Shown piece by piece: positions 19,761-29,602 of a stretch of DNA of 64,000 nt; the first letter of the stretch is position 1, and each line of letters starts with the position of its first letter. A program made the translations under genes and the position numbers. Source of the stretch: a virus; the IMG/VR virus record IMGVR_UViG_3300040758_000214, positions 1 through 64,000 of that record; one strand, given 5' to 3'. The notes under the pieces are model-generated. The model saw only the letters and a list, made by a program, of their open reading frames with translations. It was not told where the DNA came from and made no database searches.

Positions 19761-20954
19761 TTACCTTTCAAATATTGGTTTAATTTGTTCTATCTTATCA
19801 TTAGATGTATGGGAATAGTTTTTCCAATCATCTATAATTTCAGGATATAAATGAAACTTAGCATCAAAGTCTAATATCCCGTTATTTTTAATCGTAGCTT
19901 TAACAATATATCCACCAATAGCAGGGACTAATCCTTTTCGTTTTAAATAATTTGTAATACCCTCAAATGCACCACATTGTGCACCAAAAATACTTCCAAA
20001 TAAAGCTTGAACTTGTATATGTAAATGTCCAGATAATACAAACTTAATTGTAGGTTTTTCTTTTATTCCTCTTGTAACTGCTAATAATTCAGAAAAAGCA
20101 ATTTGCTCAACACCTTTTTGTAATCTATAAGAAACAGAATAAGGAACACCACCTGAAGGATGCCACATTTGTAAATCAACACCATCTAATATTGGTACTA
20201 TACATTCATCATACCCTAATGAATGTAAATCTTTTCGTTTACTTGCCATTACATTTAAGGGATTAAATCCACCATTTTTTATATGAGAATAGTCATGATT
20301 TCCACCTAATAACCACCAATCAAATCCTTCTGGTAAATTAGATAATAACGACTCAGTTTGGTCTTGAGCTGATAATGCATATAAATCAAAATCTTGACCA
20401 GAATAAACATTTCTTCCTGCTGTTACATCTCCAGGTACAAATATATGTTTAGCATTTTGTTTTTTACATTCTTCTGAAAATTCATTTAAAGCTGTTATTT
20501 GACATGCTTTAGATCCAAAATGTAAATCTGATGCAACACCAAATACTATTTCTTTTGTTTCTAATTGTTGAACTTTTTCTACATTCCCATTATTTAAAAT
20601 TTTGTCTCCATAATATAATCTATCATTATCAATTAGGATATGATAACCTTGAGATTTAAAATCATTTATATGTTTTAGTATTTCTATTCCTGAACATTGT
20701 AATTGAACTGATAAATCAAAAAGCTTTATTACTTTTTCTCTTTGTATCTTTTCTAAAAATGTTTCTTTTAATGATTTAGTTTCAGTTTTTGTTATTTTAG
20801 TTTTTGATTTAATTCTACACACATATACTTTAAATGATGAATATGTTCCAGTATAAGAAAATTTTTCTCTAGCAATCTCAAACATTTCTTTTCTTGAAAT
20901 ACGTCTGAGATTTTCTACAATAAAATCTCTTAAATCTTGAGAATTACGAATCAT
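19761..20954 (-). CDS. Calcineurin-like metallophosphoesterase with N-terminal HTH-like region
   Basis: SDLHFGS, PGDV, GGNHD, WHPSGG..Y..SY, GHLH. Confidence 0.85.
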   Translation of the reverse strand: MIRNSQDLRDFIVENLRRISRKEMFEIAREKFSYTGTYSSFKVYVCRIKSKTKITKTETKSLKETFLEKIQREKVIKLFDLSVQLQCSGIEILKHINDFKSQGYHILIDNDRLYYGDKILNNGNVEKVQQLETKEIVFGVASDLHFGSKACQITALNEFSEECKKQNAKHIFVPGDVTAGRNVYSGQDFDLYALSAQDQTESLLSNLPEGFDWWLLGGNHDYSHIKNGGFNPLNVMASKRKDLHSLGYDECIVPILDGVDLQMWHPSGGVPYSVSYRLQKGVEQIAFSELLAVTRGIKEKPTIKFVLSGHLHIQVQALFGSIFGAQCGAFEGITNYLKRKGLVPAIGGYIVKATIKNNGILDFDAKFHLYPEIIDDWKNYSHTSNDKIEQIKPIFER

Positions 20955-21075
20955 ATTAATATCCTCAACTATATTATGGATTTAAGTACCATCATTTATT
21001 TGTTCCATTTCATTACATAGATAAACCCTTATTTTTTAAAAGGTTTGTTGCTTAAATCTATTTGTATTGAAATTT

Positions 21076-21090
21076 AGAACATATAAATAG
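21076..21090 (+). promoter_or_regulatory. GAACA-type motif (putative late promoter)
   Basis: AGAACATATAAATAG upstream of an isolated plus-strand gene. Confidence 0.45.
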
Positions 21091-21151
21091 AGCAGTTCAA
21101 ATCCAATGGACTTTAAAAATCTAAGACTTTAGTCCATAGTCTTAAAGGAGA

Positions 21152-21976
21152 TTGAAAATGGTATACCAAGACAAGTTCGTTGTAGCAATTCGTTGTAATG
21201 GTAAAATCCTCAGAGAAGATCAAGATGTAGTAACCCTTCCATTTAGTTCAAGTTATGAAATTCTTCTAAAAAATCTTTCCACAAGAAAAGCTCAAGTTAA
21301 AATTTCCGTTGATGGGCAAGATGTTTTAGATGGACAAAGTTTAGTTGTATTTCCAAATTCAAATAGTGAATTGACTGGATTTTTAAAAAATTTAAATGTT
21401 ACAAATAAATTCAAATTTATTCAAAAGACAGAAGAAATAAGTGAATTTAGAGGAGATAAAATTGATGATGGAATGATAAGAGTAGAGTATGCATTTGAAA
21501 AAGAAATTGAAAAAACCATATTATATGAAACTCATATCTATCATGATGTACAACATCATTATCCTATGTATTATACTCAAAATCCTTTTTGGAGTAATTC
21601 GATAGGAGGGTCTTCAGTTTCAAGTTCTCCACCATCAAGTACTTTAACCAGATCATGTTCTAGTCATCAAGTTTTAAATTGTTCGATTAATAATAGTAAT
21701 ACACCAAATGATGGAATTAATGCTTTATTGGGTAATAATATAGATCAAGGAATAACTGTTAAAGGAGAAGAAACAATTCAACGATTTAATTCTACATCAA
21801 TTGGACAATTGGAAAATCCAAAAGTTCTTATTATTAGATTGAGAGGAATTAATAATAATGGAAATATTGTTGAACAACCAATAATGTCACAAGAAAAAAT
21901 TCAGTGTAATACTTGTGGTAGAAAAAATGAATCTTTATTTAAATTCTGTTCTAATTGTGGTACATCTTTAAGATAA
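21152..21976 (+). CDS. Hypothetical protein with C-terminal zinc ribbon
   Basis: YEILLKN...V.ISVDGQDV...G.IRVE.AFEK; C-terminal CNTCG...FCSNCG. Confidence 0.7.
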   Translation: MKMVYQDKFVVAIRCNGKILREDQDVVTLPFSSSYEILLKNLSTRKAQVKISVDGQDVLDGQSLVVFPNSNSELTGFLKNLNVTNKFKFIQKTEEISEFRGDKIDDGMIRVEYAFEKEIEKTILYETHIYHDVQHHYPMYYTQNPFWSNSIGGSSVSSSPPSSTLTRSCSSHQVLNCSINNSNTPNDGINALLGNNIDQGITVKGEETIQRFNSTSIGQLENPKVLIIRLRGINNNGNIVEQPIMSQEKIQCNTCGRKNESLFKFCSNCGTSLR

Positions 21977-21983
21977 TTTTATG

Positions 21984-22028
21984 ACAAGGCAGAGGTTGAA
22001 TGTTTCTTTAATTCTCCCTCTGCCTTGT
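21984..22028. terminator. Hairpin between convergent genes
   Basis: ACAAGGCAGAGG...CCTCTGCCTTGT, 12-bp stem. Confidence 0.65.
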
Positions 22029-22042
22029 ATTCCACTGAAATA

Positions 22043-23011
22043 TTATTTACATGCTTCCTTTTTCTTATGGTGAACTTTCTTTTTTGCATGGTAAGGAATG
22101 GGAGTAATTACTGCCGACATAGAAGCAACCGGTTCGGCTTTAACTTCAGGCGCCGGTGGATATTTTACTTCCAACACTAAATGGACTTCTTGCGGTGTTG
22201 AAATATGTTGTGGAGCTGGAGTCGCAACAACTACAGGTTTCTCAGCCGGAATAATCCCTGGAATAACTTCATATACTGTAACGAAGAATTTGGGATTAAA
22301 TGTAGATGCATTATATCCTGGAATAATGGCAGCTCCGACTGAACCAAGTGCATTACCAGATCCTATAGCACCACTCGCACCGCCACCTATTCCTCCAGCA
22401 GTGGCCGCCTCATTGAACTTGACCGAGAATCTTATATTATTCTGCCCTGCATATTTCTTTGCAAGAACTAGAAGATCAGATTCAATGTCTTTATATCTTT
22501 CAGCGGTAATGATTCCTCCATCATAGACTTCGAGAATATCCACAATTACATCGTATTTGTTAATGGGCTGAAATCCCTTAATCAAATGGATTGTGTCTGT
22601 GATATCTCCGACCCGGCCATTCAAAATGGGATATGGTTGAGGAAGAATAGGCAATGCCTGCATTGGATTGACATAGGTGTTAGCACTGTTCCCAGACTTA
22701 TCGACCTCAGATTTGTTGTCATTAATGTTTTTATTGGTATTTTTGGTATTGATCTTGGGGTCAACTGTAATCTTTGGATCCACCGTAATTTTAGGGTCAA
22801 CTGTGATCTTGGGATCGACGGTGTTTTTTACATTGACCGTAGGGTTGCTGACTGCTATAGCGGTGGCATTTGCTGTATTTATAGTTGTAGGAGTAGGCGG
22901 ATTTATGATGCAGGTTGGATCCAATTTTTGGTTGGCATACGATGTGCAAGACAACACAGTTGAGATAAAGATTGCTACCACAGTGGACATAAGAACGTTA
23001 TTTGTTTTCAT
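22043..23011 (-). CDS. Secreted or envelope protein with TVDPKI repeats and Gly-rich segment
   Basis: N-terminal signal peptide, (TVDPKI)x4, GGIGGGASG segment, Pro-rich and basic C-terminus; GC higher than flanks. Confidence 0.65.
   Translation of the reverse strand: MKTNNVLMSTVVAIFISTVLSCTSYANQKLDPTCIINPPTPTTINTANATAIAVSNPTVNVKNTVDPKITVDPKITVDPKITVDPKINTKNTNKNINDNKSEVDKSGNSANTYVNPMQALPILPQPYPILNGRVGDITDTIHLIKGFQPINKYDVIVDILEVYDGGIITAERYKDIESDLLVLAKKYAGQNNIRFSVKFNEAATAGGIGGGASGAIGSGNALGSVGAAIIPGYNASTFNPKFFVTVYEVIPGIIPAEKPVVVATPAPQHISTPQEVHLVLEVKYPPAPEVKAEPVASMSAVITPIPYHAKKKVHHKKKEACK
22751..22822 (-). repeat. 4 x 18-nt coding tandem repeat (TVDPKI)
   Basis: Units ACCGTCGATCCCAAGATC / ACAGTTGACCCTAAAATT / ACGGTGGATCCAAAGATT / ACAGTTGACCCCAAGATC; all differences are synonymous. 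Confidence 0.9.
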
Positions 23012-23062
23012 TTTAAATTTTCCCTCTTTCTATTATAGATTTATAAATCTCAACTTGTCTGA

Positions 23063-23521
23063 TCATTGACTTTTCTTCATAGTATCGGAGAACTTTATAA
23101 GGTTCTGGTTGATATCTACGGTCATATTAACAGCCGGCGCAAAAGGTGATGAATCGAATGACAATACTGCATTTGATGTAACCACTTGGTCATCACTCGC
23201 TGTTGAGCTCCAAGGATCCTCGGGCCCACAGTACATGAGATTTAAATATTTCTGGACAAATCTAGGATTGGTTTTATTAGTTCCAATCTCATATAACCAT
23301 GCTTTATTTACAGCGAGTGTATACTCTGATGCGCCACAACTTTTCAGATTTTGATAATGTACGACTGTTTCAGGGCGAGAACTTAAATCAAATAGAAACC
23401 ACCCTGCGTGTTGAGTAGAAGATGAATCTGAGGATGCTATATTGGCGCATAATGAAATTACCAATACAGCAAATAGTATGAAAATTTTTTTCATTATATC
23501 CTCCTCCTTAGAATTTAACAT
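23063..23521 (-). CDS. Secreted hypothetical protein (start probably MKKIFIL)
   Basis: Classical signal peptide after GGAGGAGG. Confidence 0.6.
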   Translation of the reverse strand: MLNSKEEDIMKKIFILFAVLVISLCANIASSDSSSTQHAGWFLFDLSSRPETVVHYQNLKSCGASEYTLAVNKAWLYEIGTNKTNPRFVQKYLNLMYCGPEDPWSSTASDDQVVTSNAVLSFDSSPFAPAVNMTVDINQNLIKFSDTMKKSQ

Positions 23522-23604
23522 AAATACTTCTTTTTGAAATTGATGAATTGATTATAAATCTTATAATACCCTCAACGGCATCACATCCTTTCAATTTTAT
23601 TTTA

Positions 23605-24066
23605 TCATTGATTTTCTATAATTCTCGGCTTTGAATCTTTGGCCTTAATTCTTTCCAGAATTTCATTTATGTCAATTTTTATATCGCTTAAAGTCAGAAG
23701 CAAATCATCTCCTCCGTTGATTTCTGCAGGTTTATCTAATTGTTCATTGACCATGGTTATCCGTTTTGAAATGTATCCAAGAATTGCCAAAACTTCAGCC
23801 TCGAGTTTTACCGGATTTTCAAGGCTTCTCTGGATTGCCATAAGTTTTTCTTGCACACTTATAAGTGCATATGGCGCTCCAGATAATTCACGAAGAATAT
23901 CTATCGTTTCATTAAACTCTTTTCTCGTTATTGTCTGATTCTGTTCATCACTCAATACATCTGAAAGTTTGGTGTTAAATTTTTTAACCTTTTCCTGCCC
24001 AAGAAGAAGTAACTTTTTCCCGATACTTGTGAAGATTCCATCAGTTTCATTTAATGTAATTTCCAT
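23605..24066 (-). CDS. Hypothetical helical (coiled-coil) protein
   Basis: AAGGAG RBS; heptad-rich sequence. Confidence 0.55.
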   Translation of the reverse strand: MEITLNETDGIFTSIGKKLLLLGQEKVKKFNTKLSDVLSDEQNQTITRKEFNETIDILRELSGAPYALISVQEKLMAIQRSLENPVKLEAEVLAILGYISKRITMVNEQLDKPAEINGGDDLLLTLSDIKIDINEILERIKAKDSKPRIIENQ

Positions 24067-24285
24067 GACTGTCTCCTTTACTTTTTAGGTTGTGTTACTC
24101 CATAAAAGATTCCATCAACTTTACCCTTTAGATTAGCAATCATTCCCTTGGTACATAAACCTATTTCATTTGAATTTGTGATTTCTTCAATTTCATTTAA
24201 TATTGAGGTTACTTCATGTACTAAATTAATAATTTTATTTTCCATTATTTTTCACCTCTTTTTTAACACAAATACAAATCTTCTC

Positions 24286-24305
24286 TTGGTTATTAATATA
24301 TATAG
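24286..24305 (-). promoter_or_regulatory. CTATATATATTAATWACYAA motif, copy 2
   Basis: CTATATATATTAATAACCAA at the head of a minus-strand block. Confidence 0.75.
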
Positions 24306-24350
24306 TAATCTGATCTTAAAAATAACTAAAACTAATACTTATAAATAATT

Positions 24351-24364
24351 AGAACAAAAATAAA
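24351..24364 (+). promoter_or_regulatory. GAACA-type motif (putative late promoter) for the sheath operon
   Basis: AGAACAAAAATAAA about 30 nt upstream of the structural gene. Confidence 0.5.
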
Positions 24365-24394
24365 GGATAGTACTTTTTAAAGAGAGGACTAAAA

Positions 24395-25057
24395 ATGGAA
24401 GAAAAAAATACAGTGATTGAAATAGAAGATAGATATGGTGATATATGTTTTGGAGACTCTTCAAAATTTTCACCAAGTGAAAGACGACCTCAAGGTTTTG
24501 TTAATATATTTGAAGTTGATAAAAATGGAAATAAAGAATTAGTAGGAAAAAGTAATCTTGTATTATATCAAGGTAGAGAAATAGTTGCATCTAGAATGTT
24601 TGATCTTCAAAATCCAAATATTTCTGCATCTCCAAATGAGTTTATTGGATGGTTTGGTTTAGGATCAGGAGGTGCACCTGTAGGAAATCCATTTATTCCT
24701 AATCCTCCAAATAGTACTGATACAGATTTAACAACTCCAATAATGATAAATCCTACAGATGCAACATGTGGAGATTTTAATATAACTCTAGAAGGTTATA
24801 CGAAACATCCATTTGATTCAGTAAATTTTCAACAAGATTCAAATAATAGTAATAAATATTTAGTAATACAAGTTTTAACAACTATGGGATTAGATGATGG
24901 TGTTGGTCAATTAATGAATGAAGCAGGATTATTTACTGCAGCAAGTTCAGCTCCTGGATATTCTGGAACATTTCATTTATTTGCCAAAGTTACATTTCCT
25001 ACAATTTATAAATCAGATACTAGAGAATTACTTTTCGTTTGGTATCTATACGTTTAA
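24395..25057 (+). CDS. Virion structural protein (tail-collar/fibre-attachment-like)
   Basis: NLVL..GR, FGLGSGG, NEAGLF, LFAKVTFP.I.K pattern; adjacent to the sheath gene. Confidence 0.6.
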   Translation: MEEKNTVIEIEDRYGDICFGDSSKFSPSERRPQGFVNIFEVDKNGNKELVGKSNLVLYQGREIVASRMFDLQNPNISASPNEFIGWFGLGSGGAPVGNPFIPNPPNSTDTDLTTPIMINPTDATCGDFNITLEGYTKHPFDSVNFQQDSNNSNKYLVIQVLTTMGLDDGVGQLMNEAGLFTAASSAPGYSGTFHLFAKVTFPTIYKSDTRELLFVWYLYV

Positions 25058-25165
25058 AAATAAATTCTGGATTTTTAGATCACTCCAGATTAATAAAAGG
25101 AATTAAAAAAATTTTAAATTCTAATAAACTATCTAGAGAAAACTAAAAATCGGAGGTAACCTAAA

Positions 25166-27133
25166 ATGGGCACACCAATATCACCAGGTGTATATTCAAC
25201 CATCATTGATTTAAGTAATTATGTAGGAGCAGTCCCAGGAACAATTGGATTCGTTGCAGGTCTTACAAAACAAGGAGAAGATAATAAATTCAAATTCTTT
25301 GGATCAAGAACTGATTTTATTAGAGAAAATGGATCTCCAAATATTAATACCTATGGTAAAAATTACGGACAAGGTCCATATATAGCCTATAATTATTTAG
25401 GTGAATCTGGTTCGTTGTTTTGGATGAGATGTTTACCTAATGATGCAGCATATTCAAATTTACAAATAAATGGAGCAGTAAATCAGTCTGGGGTTGCATC
25501 AATTCAATTAGCATATAATACAGCTTTAAATAATAAAGATGAAATAAATACTGCTCTCGTAGGAGATAGTACTTCTGTATTTCCAATTTGTATTTTATAT
25601 CCAATTGGAAGAGGCGACTATTATAATGGACTCAGTGTGAGATTTACCAAATATTCAAATCCCTTAGCCGTAGGGATATATGTACTTGATATTTACGAAG
25701 TACAAACTTCGAGTGGAGTTGAGTCAATTATTGAAAGTTTTGAAGTTTCTTTTGATCCTTCTGCTACGGATAATTCTGGAGATTCCATTTGGATAAGTTA
25801 TGTATTAAATACTTATTCTTCAGTACTAAGAGCTCAAATGACTCTTCCTAATCCTGAAAATGACACAGATCCAAATGATATAACTTATACTCCGGGATTC
25901 AATTTAATTAAAAACTATGATACAAATGTTGGAACCGTTAGTGTAGTTAAAACTGCTTCTGCAACAATTACAGATAATAAACAAGATTTCTCTCAATGGG
26001 AAGGTACTGGTGGTATAGCCAATTATATGGTTATTGCTCAAGATAATAGAGGAAATACTATATATGGTTATATTGGAGAAGTTACTCCTGATAATGAAAC
26101 TGCAGTAGTATATCAAAATCTTAGTTTAACAACTCAAGGCTGGATTAATGATACAACTTTATTTAATATTAATTCTACAATTACTTATCAAGTCAAAAAG
26201 TATAATTTAGATATTTCCACAGTTTTTTCTTCTTCTATTCCAGTTCCTTTAAAAAAAGGAAGCGATGGAAGCTTAGTCGATAGTACCGGAAAATTAGTAC
26301 CGAGCATTGCAACTCAAGTACTCGCAGATGCATATGCCGGAACCATAGATGATGCAGTTTTAGATACCGAAAATCAATATTTCTCTATGGTCTTTGATGC
26401 AGGATATCCATCTTCTGTAAAAACTCAAATTTCAAATTTAGCAGTTACAAGAGCAGATTGTTGTGCGATAATGGATAATTCTGATAATAATTCTGTGTCA
26501 GCAGCATTAACTACCAGAGAAAATACTAATGCTTTTAATAATTTTTATACTGCTCTTTATGAACCATTTAATAATGTATATGATATATTTACTGGATCTA
26601 ATATATGGGTAAGTCCTGTATTTCACATGAGTTATTTACTACCAAGCAATGACAAAATAGCAGAATTATGGTTCGCAGCGGCGGGATTTAATAGAGGTGC
26701 TATTTCATCTATCACCCAGATGAGATTTAATGCCAAACAAGGTGAGAGAGATGCATTATATTTAGCTCGGCTTAATCCTATTGTAAAATTCAATGAAGGA
26801 TATACTGTTTTTGGGAATTTAACAACTCAATATAAAGACTCTAAGATGGAAAACCTTAGCGTAGTAAGGTGTGTTCTTTATATTAAAAGAGCAATTGAAA
26901 GATATTGTAGATTCTTTATTTTTGAACAAAATGATGCTATTACTTGGAGTAAAATTAGTAATGAAATAACTCCATTTTTAGACGATGTAAAATGTCGAAG
27001 AGGATTAAATAGCTATTCAGTATCGGTTGGTGCAACCGATTACGAGCTAAAGACAAAGCGTTGCCATGTTTCGTGTACCCTAAATCCGGAAACCCCACTT
27101 GAAATTATATTGCCTCAATTTTTTATTGTTTAA
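25166..27133 (+). CDS. Contractile tail sheath protein (gp18-like)
   Basis: SPGVY..IIDLS, WFAAAGFNRG, RDALY..RLNPIV, VVR, FIFEQND..TW motifs. Confidence 0.93.
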   Translation: MGTPISPGVYSTIIDLSNYVGAVPGTIGFVAGLTKQGEDNKFKFFGSRTDFIRENGSPNINTYGKNYGQGPYIAYNYLGESGSLFWMRCLPNDAAYSNLQINGAVNQSGVASIQLAYNTALNNKDEINTALVGDSTSVFPICILYPIGRGDYYNGLSVRFTKYSNPLAVGIYVLDIYEVQTSSGVESIIESFEVSFDPSATDNSGDSIWISYVLNTYSSVLRAQMTLPNPENDTDPNDITYTPGFNLIKNYDTNVGTVSVVKTASATITDNKQDFSQWEGTGGIANYMVIAQDNRGNTIYGYIGEVTPDNETAVVYQNLSLTTQGWINDTTLFNINSTITYQVKKYNLDISTVFSSSIPVPLKKGSDGSLVDSTGKLVPSIATQVLADAYAGTIDDAVLDTENQYFSMVFDAGYPSSVKTQISNLAVTRADCCAIMDNSDNNSVSAALTTRENTNAFNNFYTALYEPFNNVYDIFTGSNIWVSPVFHMSYLLPSNDKIAELWFAAAGFNRGAISSITQMRFNAKQGERDALYLARLNPIVKFNEGYTVFGNLTTQYKDSKMENLSVVRCVLYIKRAIERYCRFFIFEQNDAITWSKISNEITPFLDDVKCRRGLNSYSVSVGATDYELKTKRCHVSCTLNPETPLEIILPQFFIV

Positions 27134-27143
27134 AATATTACAA

Positions 27144-27186
27144 AAAATTTACTCCTTATCATATGTTGAGATAAGGAGTAAATTTT
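27144..27186. terminator. Bidirectional terminator after the sheath gene
   Basis: 17-bp inverted repeat AAAATTTACTCCTTATC...GATAAGGAGTAAATTTT. Confidence 0.8.
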
Positions 27187-27854
27187 CCGTTGTTGAAATT
27201 ACTTCCATAATAGTTCATTTGTAAACTGTGCAGGATTAGTTACAACTTGAGTCCAATCAGATTCTGGAATCATTCGTAATTTAATTGTTGTTAAATTCCT
27301 TTCACATTGTATTAATTCTTTTGTTCCATCCTTTCTATACTTTATCATTTTCATTATGATTTAAGTACTCCTATTTTTATTTTTTCTTGTTCTTCTTTTA
27401 ATTGGTTGTCGTTTTGCCATTGTATTATTATTAGGAACTTGCCCTATCCATTCAATTGGTACTTCGACTAATTTTCCTCTTCTCATACGAAAAAATTGTC
27501 CATCTTTATTAATAAGTTTTTTAGTTTTAGGTATCCAGTTTGGAGATGGACCAGAAATTAACTTTAGTTTAATTTTTTGATATCTATTCATTTATCTTTT
27601 ATCCTTGGTTTAAGTACTAAAGTTCTTGGATTTATTCCAGTATATCTTTCATATCCTGCAGCTTCTAATGCCTGGTAAAATTCTTCATCAGTTGCATTTT
27701 CAAAAAATTTTTTCATCTTCTTTTTTACATCTTCAAGAAAATCGTATTTTAAACATATACTTTGCATATCTAAATGAAATCCACATTTTTCGCAATACTG
27801 ATTTTTAAGAAGTTTTATATCATGTAAATCACAATAAGCTGTATATTTCATAAT

Positions 27855-28178
27855 TCACTCCAATTTAAAATTAAAGAATCCACATAGATAAAAAGATAAA
27901 AATGATAATCCAACTGTTAATAATGTTATTGGACCTAACATGATAACCATAATTGATCCAATAATATTATCATTGAACTTTTTTAATTTAATCAAAATTA
28001 ATAGTACAATAAAGCCACAAATGTACCATATAGTTTTGAATACATTATTGTAATAAGTTCCTGGTGGAAATCTCCCATCTGGTGTAAATTGCCACATTAT
28101 CGGTATCATAATTAACATTGCAATAATTAAACATAATGTAAAAACCATATTTTTTTTAGTAGGTTGTTGGAATTCCAT
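27855..28178 (-). CDS. Membrane protein (3 predicted TM segments)
   Basis: Three hydrophobic stretches. Confidence 0.55.
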   Translation of the reverse strand: MEFQQPTKKNMVFTLCLIIAMLIMIPIMWQFTPDGRFPPGTYYNNVFKTIWYICGFIVLLILIKLKKFNDNIIGSIMVIMLGPITLLTVGLSFLSFYLCGFFNFKLE

Positions 28179-28186
28179 ATATTCTC

Positions 28187-28321
28187 CTATTCTTGTAGAA
28201 TTGTAAATTTACATTCATAACTCCCACCACAAGTTGATTCATTTAAATTTTCTGAAACTGAGCATTTACCATTTTTGAATTTTTTACAACTTGAACAATC
28301 TTTGGTTAACGGGCATGTCAT
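28187..28321 (-). CDS. 44-aa six-cysteine peptide (not in ORF track)
   Basis: Hand translation MTCPLTKDCSSCKKFKNGKCSVSENLNESTCGGSYECKFTILQE; fills the gap between flanking genes, with AAGGAG upstream. Confidence 0.5.
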   Translation of the reverse strand: MTCPLTKDCSSCKKFKNGKCSVSENLNESTCGGSYECKFTILQE

Positions 28322-28327
28322 TTTAGT

Positions 28328-28651
28328 TTAAGTCTCCTTTACCCACTTATTAATATCGAATGTTCCACCATTATCATGATCATAGTTTATATGTTCTTCT
28401 GGGATACCTATTTTAATTAAAAATTCTCTGAAGTCGAAATTATCCATCGTCGTATATCCTGAAATTGAATTTCCATCATCATTAATCCACCAACCTTCTG
28501 CTTCTTCAGGATAATCAAAATCAGGAAAACTAGTCATACATACTTCTTTCGCATTAAATATTTGATGAATTTGTAATATTGTAAGATGTTCTTTTTGAAT
28601 TATAAAACTTGCAGAACTTGAATTTGTTACGAAACTATGTCTTCTTTTCAT
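28328..28651 (-). CDS. 'K.R..FV(T/S)NSSS' N-terminal-motif protein
   Basis: MKRRHSFVTNSSSASFII. Confidence 0.7.
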   Translation of the reverse strand: MKRRHSFVTNSSSASFIIQKEHLTILQIHQIFNAKEVCMTSFPDFDYPEEAEGWWINDDGNSISGYTTMDNFDFREFLIKIGIPEEHINYDHDNGGTFDINKWVKET

Positions 28652-28832
28652 AATATATTACCTCTTTTATTTTATAATCATCACATAACATTATATAAGT
28701 ATTATCTTGATAATATGGCCTTTTATCAATTTTACAAATATCATATCTTAATAATTGATCATATAAAACATGTATACAACTACAACATTTTATTGGGTAT
28801 GGAACATCTAAAGCTACATATTGTTTAATCAT
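28635..28832 (-). CDS. CxxC-DEL family mini-protein 6
   Basis: YPIKCCSCIHVLYDQLLRYDICK...RPYY...C; start reassigned to M15 (AAAGGA upstream, coupled to the previous stop). Confidence 0.55.
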   Translation of the reverse strand: MIKQYVALDVPYPIKCCSCIHVLYDQLLRYDICKIDKRPYYQDNTYIMLCDDYKIKEVIYYEKKT

Positions 28833-29091
28833 TTGTATTATTCCTTTTATAAAATCCTTTACATCCAAATCCATTTGTTGTTATAGTACCAAATCCTTTA
28901 TTAACATTATAATCTTTATAATCTTTAGCAATATAATAAGGTCTTTTACCAACTTTACATATACAATATTCAATTAATTCATCATATAATCTATTATCAC
29001 ATTTAGAGCAAATCCAAGGATAAGAATTTCTTTCAGAAATATATATTATATCTTCTTCATTCAAATTATTTATCTCTTCCTCCTCAATCAT
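28825..29091 (-). CDS. CxxC-DEL family mini-protein 7
   Basis: YPWICSKCDNRLYDELIEYCICK...RPYY...C. Confidence 0.6.
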   Translation of the reverse strand: MIEEEEINNLNEEDIIYISERNSYPWICSKCDNRLYDELIEYCICKVGKRPYYIAKDYKDYNVNKGFGTITTNGFGCKGFYKRNNTND

Positions 29092-29353
29092 TATTTATAA
29101 TAGTCCAGCTATATAACATAACATCATATCCATATCATGTTCTTTACAAAAATCCCCATTCATTCTTGCTCTTGATTTAATTTTAAACTCTGATGATCTT
29201 TTTGTATATATTATTGGATCATCTGGAAATATATAATTTTCTAATCTTAACGGCTTTACTTTAATATATCCTTCTTGATATGGTCTTGCTGCTAAATATA
29301 CATCTACAAATTGATATTCTTCACCTGTAGATATTTCAGTTAAAATAATCATA

Positions 29354-29602
29354 TTATTTCCTTTTTACAGTATGAACTAAACTAGGCCAAGGTTCGTATT
29401 TATAACATGTTCCACCATTAGGCCATGAACTTTCAAATGGAGTAACTCCATTTTTACATAAAGTAAATCTAATCAACTCATCGAAGAATGAATGTTTACA
29501 TCTCAAACATATTTCAGCGTAATAAGATGAGTGTTTGTAATAAAACTCCACAACATTAGGAATATATGGATTACAAATTATAGGGGCAGGAACATCTATC
29601 AT
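29354..29602 (-). CDS. CxxC-DEL family mini-protein 8
   Basis: CLRCKHSFFDELIRFTLCK...C. Confidence 0.6.
   Translation of the reverse strand: MIDVPAPIICNPYIPNVVEFYYKHSSYYAEICLRCKHSFFDELIRFTLCKNGVTPFESSWPNGGTCYKYEPWPSLVHTVKRK

Noticed and set aside
22098-23938. Plus-strand ORFs 22098, 22586, 22677, 23109 and 23639
   Set aside because: Antisense shadows of the minus-strand genes, which have RBSs and signal peptides.
28187-28321. SCIFF (six-Cys-in-45) ranthipeptide precursor
   Set aside because: Length and Cys count match superficially, but it lacks the SCIFF consensus (CQxSCQSACKTSC). Kept only as an unassigned Cys-rich peptide.
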